A DNA stretch of 63,038 nt, the filler included, from Rhabdomonas costata (Eukaryota), in NCBI GenBank assembly GCA_019059605.1. It is 33 parts of 33 records of this genome, joined end to end, with 100 filler letters (N's around TTAATTAATTAA, not from the genome) between each part and the next. Parts side by side here need not be neighbours in the genome. Positions count along the whole stretch, not along the records: positions 22,966 to 24,778 come from JAHMHO010008694.1; positions 24,879 to 26,691 come from JAHMHO010008695.1; positions 26,792 to 28,604 come from JAHMHO010008696.1; positions 28,705 to 30,517 come from JAHMHO010008697.1; positions 30,618 to 32,430 come from JAHMHO010008698.1; positions 32,531 to 34,343 come from JAHMHO010008699.1; positions 34,444 to 36,255 come from JAHMHO010008700.1; 26 more parts are not named here. One strand, 5' to 3'. Both the position numbers and the translations under genes were made by a program. Of the stretch, positions 24,173 through 35,565 are shown in pieces (positions within the stretch are counted from its first letter, which is position 1; each line of letters begins with the position of its first letter). The notes below the pieces were generated by a model. That model saw nothing but the letters and a program-made list of their open reading frames with translations. It was not told where the DNA came from and did no database searches.

Positions 24173-25845
24173 CCCTTCGGCGAGCCAGAGAGCAGCTGCC
24201 ACGAGGGAAAGACCACAACAACAAGGATTCGAAGCAGCCCAGAAATGCAAATGCAAATACAAAATCATTAACGTCCGTGATTTTCCTTGCGAATTCTATC
24301 CAAAACTCACATTCGCAAGCGACATGACAAAGTGCAGGCAATATGGGCACCAATCGGGCTGAGCCCAGACCACACACAGATTATGTTAAAAAAAACGTGA
24401 TACCAAATCAAAACACGCCATCCCACGGTCTCACAAGAGTCTCAGTGTCGCAGCCTAAACCAGCAAACCAACCGTTAACTGATTCACAAGACCAAACCCT
24501 TTCTTCGCAAGAAGCCAGCGGTAAAGCATCGCGAGAAAAAGCAAACCATCAGTAATCTGATGGTGGCTGAAAATTCCAGTGTCCAAGAAACGTGAACTGA
24601 GCTTCTACACGCTCGAATCGGTGAAGAGTGCCGACGTGCGTGTATATCAGTGAGATGGATATACGTGGGGATCCAATGCACCCTATGTGCAACTCCAGCA
24701 GTACATTCACACTCAAGACGATTGTGCGCGAAAGAGCGCACCCCCATGAATCCAGCTTCAACCCACCGCCCCCACCCCNNNNNNNNNNNNNNNNNNNNNN
24801 NNNNNNNNNNNNNNNNNNNNNNTTAATTAATTAANNNNNNNNNNNNNNNNNNNNNNNNNNNNNNNNNNNNNNNNNNNNATAGTGTGGCGACGCTGTGGAT
24901 GTAGGTGGTGCTTTTGGTGCGTAGTCGGTGTCTTGGGTGCCGCGTGTCTTACTTAGGTGTGGCTTTGTGTGTTGAATATGTGGTTTGTAGGTCATATGTA
25001 TGGAGGTCAACAATGCCATGTATCTGTAGTGTCCTTGTTGCTAGTTTCGTGGGTACGTTAGTGTGGTCAATATGAGGTACTGCGTCTGTGCTTTCGGTGT
25101 CTAAGGGTGCTTGTAGCGAGAATGGGTCGGTAGGTGATGTTCAGGGTTCAGAAGGTGGTCAGTATCATGATTATGCTGATGGTGTGGGTGTCAGGATCTG
25201 TGTGTTTCAAGGGCAGCAACCAACGCAGTTGGACACGGTGAGGCACTCGCCGCTCGAGTCCACACCAGTGTCATCCAATGTGCTGAAGAGGTCGAAATAA
25301 AACGTCTTTTTGGGAATACCGGTCGAGCAAATCTTTGGAAGAAGATGCTCTTCTCACCGAGATGTTGCGCAGGTCTTCATCGTGCAGCTAGAACGCGAGA
25401 CTCGACGCGGAGTTCGGCATGCTACAGGAAGCTAGAAGAGCTTGTGGATCGTTGCCGCTCCACATTTCACTCTTATGCATCATCACAGAGGTCTCGGAAA
25501 TCTCCGAAAAGATAGTGGAGTTGCAGGTGAAGCTTTTCTTGCGTGTGATTGAAACTCCTCTTCCAATTGTGTTGGTCTATCCTTTCACCCCTTTGATTAA
25601 CGGGGTGGAGAGGACAGTGCCGATTAGGATGGGAAAGAAGCTTACTCATGTTCCTGTTGCAAAAGCATTCGGGAGTTTAGTACCATAATCCTTCATCCTT
25701 ATGAAGAAGCATATAACCAGCAACTGAGTGCCATTGTGCCCACGCCCAATCCTGTCGCTCAGGAACGGGTCGTGGAGCCTGAGTCAACCACTCCTTTGCT
25801 CGGAACCCATCCGGCTGCTCCGGAGGAGGTTTCAATTTCAGAGGT

Positions 25846-26040
25846 GGAACCTCTTCTGGTGAAATGTGTCAGCAGCAAGGCTGGTGCACCACCCGCGCCG
25901 AAGGTTTTGACCTGGCCACTGCAGAAGATGTGGTCATTTCAGCTGGACACAATGCGCTCATTCCCACAGACTGGGCCTTTGCCATACCAACCGGCATGTA
26001 TGGGCGCATTGCCAAGCGAAGTGGTTTGGCATGGTTTGGT
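25846..26040 (+). pseudogene. dut: Trimeric dUTPase N-terminal fragment, frameshifted and truncated
   Basis: EPLLVKCVSSKAGAP (frameshift) TRAEGFDLATAEDVVISAGHNALIPTDWAFAIPTGMYGRIAKRSGLA = motifs I and II; motifs III-V not seen; no introns. Confidence 0.85.
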
Positions 26041-26962
26041 AATAGCTGTTGGATTACATTGCGACACCACACGAGCGCGTTTTTCCACAACTGCGGTGTG
26101 CGAGGTGACGGTGGGTTTGGATGGATTTGGTTTGGTTTCGGAACCCCGAGCCGCTCTAGGTGTTTCAGCGCAGCCAACCCCAGAAGTGATCGACTTCCTC
26201 TGCTTGAGCGCGCCTGCTCTTTCGTGCACATGTGGCTTTGGAAACGCTCCCTTTTTTGACCACAAGGAACCATTCACTGCCCCCCGCGCGGACTAAGCAA
26301 CTGCAGCTTCCTTGGTTAGGATGGTGGCGCCCATACGCAGCTGGCCACCCACTTTACGGACACCCAAAGAAGCCGACATGCAGGCCGGTCTAGGCGATGT
26401 CGAGCGAGTGGTTTTTGTTAAGGGTCTCTCATAGCCTTCCTTTCATCATCTTCCATTACTCACAAAGCTTTCATCCCAAATGCCGGCATCGTCTCAGAAG
26501 GCCCACGTATGGCGCGCATTGTTATGCGTTTTTTTTTTAAAGTCTGGCAAATGATGTGAGCACAATGGAGCGGGGAGTGGCCAACCACCTTTTGTCGGGT
26601 TAAATCCTCGATTAAATCCTGCTAAGTTCTCGGTGCAAACCCCGCCCGGCACGCACAACCGCCTTCCCAAAGGCTGGCCCTGGAGCCGTTTNNNNNNNNN
26701 NNNNNNNNNNNNNNNNNNNNNNNNNNNNNNNNNNNTTAATTAATTAANNNNNNNNNNNNNNNNNNNNNNNNNNNNNNNNNNNNNNNNNNNNGGGGGGGGG
26801 GCTCTTGAAGCTGGACATTGGCGCTGTTTGTATGGTCGCGTTGTATGCGAAAAATTCTGGTACCTTCCGAAGATTTCAGTTGGACACATTGTCCTCGAGC
26901 TGCATTTTGTGCGCCTCCATCAAACTCGGTGCTCGGGCACACTCAAATGCCGGCACTCACAG

Positions 26963-28132
26963 GCAGTGAAGCAGGGGAACCAGGCCGAGGCCCGCGTGCT
27001 GGCGAAATCGCTTTTACAGTGCCGGAAGCAGGTTGCTCGGTGCCGGCATGCGTTTCGTTTGATCGGTGTTCCTCAGTTGTACTGAAAGAACACCTGTCTG
27101 AATGCCTGTCTCGAATTGTCTTCTTGAAATGTCTTCACAACGACGACTTCCTTTGCTTCACTATTTCATGCTCGTCTTTTCAGGAGGAGAAATGCGTCCG
27201 CACTAAAGCTCAGCTCAGGTCGGTTCAGAGCAACATGCATGTCATGGGTGCCACACAGGTAACTTTGCGCCGTCTCCCCCACCCCCCTTTTCATATTTGT
27301 ACATCGCTCTCAAGCTTTCTTGATTCAATTATTTTAATTTTGTGTTGGTTTCCCTGAATGTTTTGGCTCTGTCGATGTCTTCGCATGAGATTGGAAGTTG
27401 GAAATGCCCTTCGTGGCACAAAAAAGCTGGTCTCTGACTGAGTGAGATTATATATTTTGCTTGATAATCGCCGAAATGGTGGATTCCCACTTATTTACTG
27501 AGAAAAACTGACCATAAGAATACTTTCACATGCACAACTTTGTGATGATTGAAGTGTTCAGTTTGTTGTATATTCTCTCACTCACACTATGCTTGTGGCG
27601 CAGAAAATCTCGCAAGCAATGGGCAGCGTCACGAAGGTGCTTGCTGTGCTTTCTACTAGAGCTTTATTTGGATTTATTCTTACCCCGTGGCATTGTTGAA
27701 TGAGTCGTGGCTTAAAAACCAATTAAGAATGGACAGAACATTCAGTTATACAGGTCAACAAAAGCAAATGCAGTTCTGGAAACGCGAGTGGACATTATTG
27801 GTGTGCAACAGGTGCAGAGGTACAGATCGAGAGTTTCTCTTTTTCCCAAACGTCTTCCCATATACATCTAAATGCTGCTTCTGCAATCCGTTTTCATGAC
27901 GCGCAATAAAACTTTCATTTCTGGATTTTGGTAGGGTGACGGTGAATGGCAGAAGGGTCTGTACTTGGCCTTGGGCCCCACATTTGGTGTCCTATTTATA
28001 TTTTCTTTGTTTTTGTATGTGTGTGGTATACCTTAGTTCATGTTCGACTCTCAATCATTTCACCCCCCTCCTCGTCACCTTGTCAGGTGATGGGCCAGGC
28101 GAACGCCTCCATGTCCCTGGAGAAAACTCGAG
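26963..28132 (+). CDS. ESCRT-III Snf7-family protein (CHMP2/Vps2-like), 4 exons: 26963-27031, 27184-27258, 27604-27636, 28087-28132
   Basis: In-phase GT-AG splicing gives AVKQGNQAEARVLAKSLLQCRKQ|EEKCVRTKAQLRSVQSNMHVMGATQ|KISQAMGSVTK|VMGQANASMSLEKTR, matching the CHMP2/3 helical core. Confidence 0.88.
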
Positions 28133-29869
28133 GTCCCCTCTCGAATTGCGTTGCATTCCTTCAAGCAATCCCCCCGCCCTCCTGTTTGTGATGTGCCCGT
28201 CAATTAGCTCTGTTTCAGGCCACTCATCGTCAGCAATACCATGCGTTACCCATCCCACGCCCCACGAAAAGGGCCCAATGAGTTTTTAACTGTGAGTGTA
28301 CTGGTCCGACTCCACGAAAGCCTCGCCAACGCACAAAGCACACCTCCAGAGTGTTGTTAAATTGCTACACTGGAGCGGATACATATGTCTATGGTCTATT
28401 GATTTTACAATCTTTTTATTTTTGCCTCTGTGTCATTTTCCATCGGATTATGGTTGCCCTCGGGTGCGTTTTCTGGTTTCGGTGCGATGCTTTTTTGGGG
28501 GATAAACCATATAACAGGACAGTGTCGTCTATGGTGGAGTTTTTATCGACGCGCACCAAAAGTAACACATCTGCAAGGGGTTGTTGAGTTGCCAAGCCCA
28601 CACCNNNNNNNNNNNNNNNNNNNNNNNNNNNNNNNNNNNNNNNNNNNNTTAATTAATTAANNNNNNNNNNNNNNNNNNNNNNNNNNNNNNNNNNNNNNNN
28701 NNNNGTGCGGCAATCCTCCAAGTGTAAAACTTGCCACAGACGTCAACTGATGCCAAAGTATTCTCATGTCAGGCGAAATCCACTCACAGATTGGTGTATG
28801 TTATGTCCTGACATTTGGAATCTCAAATAATCAGACTCAATGCTGTGTACTACTCAAAACTTTAGAGAAGAGTTTGGCACGAATGGATGTCAAAGATAAT
28901 CAAAACAAAAACTTAGCAAAACTTAGCCTGCAATCACCATTGTCATATCGAATTTCCGAAGTTAAAAAATGTACAATGACCTCTTTCCGTAGAAGATTAC
29001 GTCATATTTGCCGCAATCACCCAAAAGACAATCGCATTAATTTTCCAGAGAATACCGGGAAACACCAGAAGGCAAAACCACAAACACAGAAGACAGAATG
29101 CACGAAGACCGAAGACCAATGTGTAATAGGAAGACACGCCGAAGAACACCAAAACAAACGAACCCTTGACACGGACACCGAACCCCACTGCAAGAAGCAC
29201 TACCCCGAATGCCTGACCCACACAACGCAATAACGCAACCCAATCACGTCAGACACACCTCAACCTCCTGCACCATCACCTACTATGAGCCACTAACGCC
29301 ACCCAAAGAAACCACGCGACACCCAAGCGCACAATCACCACATGTCCAACACTGAACCCAACCATGACCACCGAAGAACCACGCAACTTGACCCCTTCCT
29401 CCGAACACTGAACCTTATGGACCCACAGAAGCAGAATAAATTCTAACCCACAACGCACATCCCATGGCAAATTATCCCAACATCGAATATCTAACACCCA
29501 AGGTAACCACCATCCATGCACTTGTTGGCACCGAAACCGAATCCAGAATGAAACCCAAATCAGCAGACAGAAAGCATGAACTACCACTCCACAACGCATG
29601 AACCCCAACTCAGAACATTCAACCCAAGAACCTTCAACTTCAACCCCAAACCTCTTAAAAAAGAACAGAACTCAGGAAGGCAGAAACCAAGAACACAGAA
29701 ATCCTAGCTTGCGTGCCTCCAGAACCAACTGAGAACCATAAGACGAAACCCAAGAACACGAATACCGAAGGCATAAACCCAGATCTAGAACTCAAAGCTC
29801 AACTCAGAAACAGAAGTCAGAACCCAAAGTCAAAAAACCAAAGATACAAGAGACAAAAACCACCACTTG

Positions 29870-30200
29870 AGAGAATTCTGAGTGAGTGGTGCCAGGTGCA
29901 GGGTGTAGTGAGAGGGGTGGTGACTGTGGTCCCCTCCATGCACCGGATGTGGGACTCAAGGTTGGTGATGTCTATGGGTAGTGTGAGTGATCGAGGGCCC
30001 ACCAACCACTCCTACTCCTGGTGCATGCCTCGTATCTCTACATGCCCCCTACGTGCACACTACCCCCTACACCCCCAGTGGCACCACCACTACGTCGTCG
30101 CTCCCCACCGTAAGGTGTTACGCTCCTTCTTCAATAAAGATGCATCCTACCTCTTACACCCCCCAGGTGCACCCAAGATGCAGGTGAACAGTTACCACAG
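29870..30200 (-). mobile_element. Decayed tyrosine-recombinase C-terminus
   Basis: RNTLRWGATT (HxLRRGxAT-like, CGG>TGG) followed by WWCHWGC (xRWGxW-like); internal stops. Confidence 0.35.
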
Positions 30201-30617
30201 CATGGGAGTGCGTACAATACAGAGCTTCAGATCTAAGAACAGCTGGATCTGTAGCATGCGTTGAAAGTTTCTGTTGTAGCCTCTAATAACACTGCTCACC
30301 AAAAGCAAACCGTGAATCATTACTCTCAACCGCACTATCCTCATGCTGAACGTGACTTGAATCAACACTTTCAGCATGAATGTAATCATTTGTACCTGAA
30401 TGCCATAAAGGCGGATGATCAGTTTAAGCTTACACGTTTTAGTTTTGGATTTGTTGCAAAAAAGGACAAATTTATTTCACATGGTGGAATATTTTTGTCC
30501 TTTTTTGCAACACACAANNNNNNNNNNNNNNNNNNNNNNNNNNNNNNNNNNNNNNNNNNNNTTAATTAATTAANNNNNNNNNNNNNNNNNNNNNNNNNNN
30601 NNNNNNNNNNNNNNNNN

Positions 30618-32072
30618 GGTTGGGGTGGAGCTGGAGCAGCACCGCCGGGCCCAGGCTCAAGCGGAGGAGGAGTGCGCTGAGCTGCGGCTGAGGCTGCAAG
30701 CCATGATGGAGCAGCAGCAGAGCTCCAGCTCGACCGCAGTGCCCGCAGCCGCCGGCGAGGAGGACCCCGACAAGCGCCAACTGAAGGAGTCCCTGCTGGC
30801 GGCGCAGAGGGAGGTCGAGAAGCTTTCTGAGGGGCTTACGCTGACGAAGGCTGTGGGGCTGCACAAGGGGCAGTGGAGGGCTCCGGAGGAGGAATCTCCG
30901 CTTCGGCCTCTTGTCGAGAAGGGCGAGGTCTCCTTGCTCTGTAGTAACCTGACCTCTGTCGGTAAGGCCTGGTCAGAGAGAGCGAGAGCTGATGACCACT
31001 GAAACTCAAGGTGAACATTTCCAAGCTATTGTATGAACTTCTGGGCACACAGATACGCACTATCGTGGGATATCTCCTGCGGAGTTGATCGTTTGGGTTG
31101 CAGAGAAAAGAAAATGTGCCATCGCGCGATCGCGTTTCCGCGCGTTTTGCGGTGGATGGCTAGAGTTCAACAGAATGGATCTTTACTGATTCCATTTGGC
31201 GAGCTGATACGTTTCCGTCGGGCCAAGGCATATGCGTAGTTTTTTTTTGCACAGTCGAATGCTGCAGAACGCCACGCGTTGCTGCAGAACGCTTGCCACT
31301 TCCTCCGCCTGTGCCTGTGCTACGTCCGCATTGGCAAGGTGTGCGAGTCTGTGGGTATGTCTCTCGGTTGCATCGAGGGTGGGAGCCCAATTGTGGAGAG
31401 AAGCGAATTTTCCCCACAAAAAATCACCCTGGCGAAGTGTCTGTTGCATTACGTGTAGCACGACGAAGTCCGCGGCTTTGTTGACGAGAGGTAGTGTTGC
31501 AAATCGGTCCGTTTAGTATTCTTCTGCTGGGTTTCCTTGTTTGGATCCGCAGCATGGTCCGCGTTTTTGTGCAAGTTCAATCAAACTTGCAAATGATTCT
31601 TCCGTTGCCTGTGAGGTGGAGAGCAGTGTTGGGAATGTTAGGGTGAGTGCGGAACCTACTTTTCCTCTCCTCCCTGACCGCTTTAAGAGGGCGCCACAGT
31701 GGGACACAGCAGAGGGCCATTCCTGCCCTACACTGCTCGGCAAGCGTGACCCATAAGCTGTTTTTCGTCGTCCCCATCGTCTATCTCTTATATTGCTCCA
31801 CTGGTGCACCTCTGTTCCGAAGTCGCTCAGATCGCTGGATTCGGATCTCGAGTGCCTATTTCTTCATGCGTGGAAGTATCACACACGTTGCATGTCGCGT
31901 TTTTGTTCGCATTTACGTTTTCATGGTAACTGCGGCTCCGATCTCACCTCAATGCGCCCCCCGGCTTGCTGGGATGCTCGCAGGTGGAGAAGGCGCTGTG
32001 GGCTCATCAGCAGTTGGAGAGCGTGCGGAAAGACCTCGACAGCATTATGGCGGGCAGCGACTCGAAGGGCGG
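30618..32072 (+). CDS. Coiled-coil protein, exons 30618-30927, 31255-31338, 31984-32072
   Basis: E/Q/L-rich heptads (ELEQHRRAQAQAEEECAELRLRLQ); AG/GT boundaries in phase 0. Confidence 0.65.
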
Positions 32073-34000
32073 GTCCGCTCAGACTCGGGTCGGACCTCCC
32101 CCTCGTTCCCCCCAACCTCTTCCAAAGAGTCCGGTGCTTGGGGTGAATGGGGTCGCGCATTGTTTACAGTGATTGAAATGTTCCGCACAACTCCTGCGTT
32201 TTTCTGATTTTTGTGGGTGCATTGCGAGCACACGTGCGTGCATTGGTCAGTATGTGAGCTATCCACCAAACAGCTTTGCCTTGCCGGATTGCTTTTGAAC
32301 CTCAAAAGTAGTGCGCAGTCAGGCAATGGTTGCAATCGGGGGGTTTGGCGTCACCCCAAGTCCGCGTGAGTGTGGTTGGGATCCCCTACGGTTTGTGTGT
32401 GCCGCAGCCCAACAGCACTGCAAAGGCTCTNNNNNNNNNNNNNNNNNNNNNNNNNNNNNNNNNNNNNNNNNNNNTTAATTAATTAANNNNNNNNNNNNNN
32501 NNNNNNNNNNNNNNNNNNNNNNNNNNNNNNTTGTTTTGTGCCTTTGTCTGCTTCCTGGCCGTTTCGAACCTTTTGATCCTTGGCTCCTCGCGTGCCGCCC
32601 CTGACCACCTTTCTCCTGGCACATTCCATGTGGACAGAGAATGCACAGCGGTTCGGTTTTTCCCTTCATCTCTCGTGGTGCACCGGGTGGCTCTGGTTAC
32701 TTTGTGCTCAGGGCCACTGTGAAACAGCGTTGTCTCTGCAGGCTCTGATGTGGGCTCCAAAGCACAGCGCTTTGGGCACAGCCATTCGGCAGTGCGTTTT
32801 TTTTGGAGGTGTCATTCTGCCTGGGCTTCTGTTCAAAATTCCGAGACATTTCCTAATATTTGCGTTGAAGAATTGGCCCCTGCGCCAGCTTTGAAGGGTG
32901 GGAAGGGGTACGGGCTTAACCCCTCTTCGCAAAATAAAAAAAAGATGTTTCTGCCTCGCGCACACTGGTCACGGCCACATTCCCCGAAACTCTTGGCAGA
33001 GTAAAAGCGCAGCAAGACTAAGAGATGCTAACGTAATCTCTTTTGATATCCCATATCCGGCCCGCTGAGGATGGCGTGTGCTCAGAGAAGCAAGAGTTGT
33101 GTTGGTGCAACGCAGATGCGCCGGTCCACCGCATGACAGCATTTCATCGCAGCCGTGGACGGAAAAAGAACTCCCTGAAGCCTAAAGCTGGTATGTTAGA
33201 GCATCCCCACTTTTACACAGGGGCTTTTCTCCCTTGTGAAGGGTACTTGGTTCAATGTTCTGTTCAGAACTGTTATCCCTCCACCTTTGAGCATTTTTTC
33301 CAGCTCCGTGGAAGCAGGGAAGGAGGTGAATTTCAAGGAGGATGAGCTTGAAGATTCCCTTCAGCCGCGTACCCCCTTCGGTCGCGGATCAATCCCCAGA
33401 CTCTGGCGCAAAGGAAGAGCGGGCCCCACTGGAGTCTCGGGAGAGCTCTCCGGGTGAGCAAAGCTCAACCCCCAGCACTGCGCAGCCATCCCCTGTCACT
33501 GGTTGCGATCGCTCCACGACCGATGCAGCGGCGGCGGCAACTTTGACAGAAAATGTGACTGCTGGGAAACCAGTTTTTTGCACCCCCTCCTGAATGAAGA
33601 AAGAAAGACAAAGTATTTGTTGTGCACTATACTAGAAACACGGAATATCCACTTCCATGCTCACCCTTTTTCAAAGCCAATTGGACTTTCGGAAGGTGGT
33701 AGCTGTTTTTGTTAGCGATCAGGGAGGTGATGTCCCCCCCCCCACAGTTGGCAAACAGCAAGATTGTTAAACTTTGTTGATGAGATGTTAAACGCTTCAG
33801 CATTACTAAACGATGTGATACGATATGAGACCGGTGAGGTATTGGTTGGACTGCGCCCCTCTCACCCATCCCCCCACCGGCGCTCGCTTCGGCCGCGCCA
33901 CGCTGCGCTTAACTCAGCCTATCTCACTTGTTCGTTTATCAGCATAAAAGCAGAGAAACGCCGGAAGGCTTGCGGGGGGGGGGGGTGCAAAACCTCTGTG

Positions 34001-34321
34001 ATGGAGGGAGGGCCAGTCGCGAGTGCCACCGAACCCGCCACGAGCAACATCCCCGCGAGCAGCAGCACCGCGGCTGACACCGCCGGCAGTTCCAGCAGCA
34101 GCAGCAGCAGCAGTGAAGGACTGGCCAGCATTCCGGGGTACACCCCTCCGCCCTGGTCAGGGCGCGTGGAGAGTGACGTGGGTACGGTCTTCCTGGAGGT
34201 ACTGAAGGCAGGTGTGGCCCTGGGCACAGTGAATCTGTCCTCAAAGGCGGTGTACCTCGTGGGCAGGCTGCCCACTGCGGATATTATCCTGGAGCACCCC
34301 AGCGTGTCCCGGCACCACGCG
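34001..34321 (+). CDS. FHA-domain protein, kanadaptin/NIPP1-like, first exon
   Basis: ATG 34001; YTPPPWSG...FLEVLKAGVALGTVNLSSKAVYLVGRLPTADIILEHPSVSRHHA (FHA GR and SxxH motifs); possible GC donor at 34322. Confidence 0.9.
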
Positions 34322-34479
34322 GCATGGCTCATGACAAAACACANNNNNNNNNNNNNNNNNNNNNNNNNNNNNNNNNNNNNNNNNNNNTTAATTAATTAAN
34401 NNNNNNNNNNNNNNNNNNNNNNNNNNNNNNNNNNNNNNNNNNNTGTGGTGGTGAATATCTTTTCTCGGTCGGGCGGTAG

Positions 34480-35565
34480 GTTTTTGGAGCGCCTAAAGCG
34501 CTACTTGGCGGTGTGGCTGGACCACTCCAGCCAGAACCGGCTGATGTATGACCCCTCCTGGGGCGGGATCGTGTCCTGCGGGTGCAAATACGAGGGCTGG
34601 GGCACGACGGCGCGGTGCGCGAACTACGCCAAGAGCGCGAAGACCCCGAACTGCCCCTCTCTTGTGGGTGTGGGGTACCTTCACTGCCAATTTTCTAGCC
34701 TCCCTACCCATCCTTTTCCATCCTTGGGGCATCGGACTGTTAGTATGACCATTAACTTGGAGGGGGGGGGGTCAGCTTCTTCTGCGGTCCCCTTCCCCTC
34801 CCCTCTGCTTTCCAACCAATTGACGATTGACGCACACGCCATCTTCAGAAGGAAAGTGAGTGGATGCTATACTCGATCACTTTGAACTGCACATCACAGC
34901 ACGTGATAAGTTCGTGCGAAATACCAGCGGCAAAAATATAGGTGAAACCTTCTCAGAGGTTAGGGGTTTGACCAATCATAGGAAACGCAATTACTTTTAT
35001 CGTTTGTGGTTGATTCGAAACCCATGAGCTTTCTCAACACTCAGCACCAGGTGGACCATGTCGAGCATGTTTCCGAGTATTTTTCCGCTCCGTTCTTGTC
35101 GTAGGGCCCGAAGTTCTAAGCTGCGGTACAGTTGAGTTTTTTTTCGCCCCGTATCAGGTTTGACTTTGGGAACGCCTTTTACAACGACCATCACTTTCAC
35201 TATGGGTACTTCATCTACGCCTCTGCAGTGGTGGCCAAGCTCGACCCCACTTGGTCGAGGATCTACCACGACAAGGAATGCCCAGCTCCAAATGCCTTCC
35301 CCTTATCTGCCATTCCTCCATACCACGCACAGGCTTCGCCCTGATATGTGTTGTTGTTTGGGTACGGCGCTTTCTCAGATTAGCAGTGGTTTTGTGCAAT
35401 TGCAGAGCAATAGTTACCCTAACCCTAACCCTAAAACCACAGCTGGCTGCGAGATCGGTACTATGGTTGGTGGGTATGGGCGTCTCAGGTGTGGGTGCTG
35501 ATCCGAGACATCGCCAACCCGAGCGCTGTGGACCCCTTCTTTCCTCAGTGGAGACACTTTGACTG
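34480..35565 (+). CDS. GH81 endo-1,3-beta-glucanase, exons 34480-34663, (35051-35064), 35158-35275, 35489-35565
   Basis: [39 protein letters not shown] and [23 protein letters not shown] are GH81 C-terminal motifs. Confidence 0.95.
35417..35434 (-). repeat. Interstitial telomere-like repeat (TTAGGG)3
   Basis: ccctaaccctaaccctaa inside a GH81 intron. Confidence 0.8.

Noticed and set aside
22966..35565. Receptor, dUTPase, ESCRT-III, FHA and GH81 as a defence or virus-related cluster
   Set aside because: Each is on a different contig; adjacency comes from length sorting.
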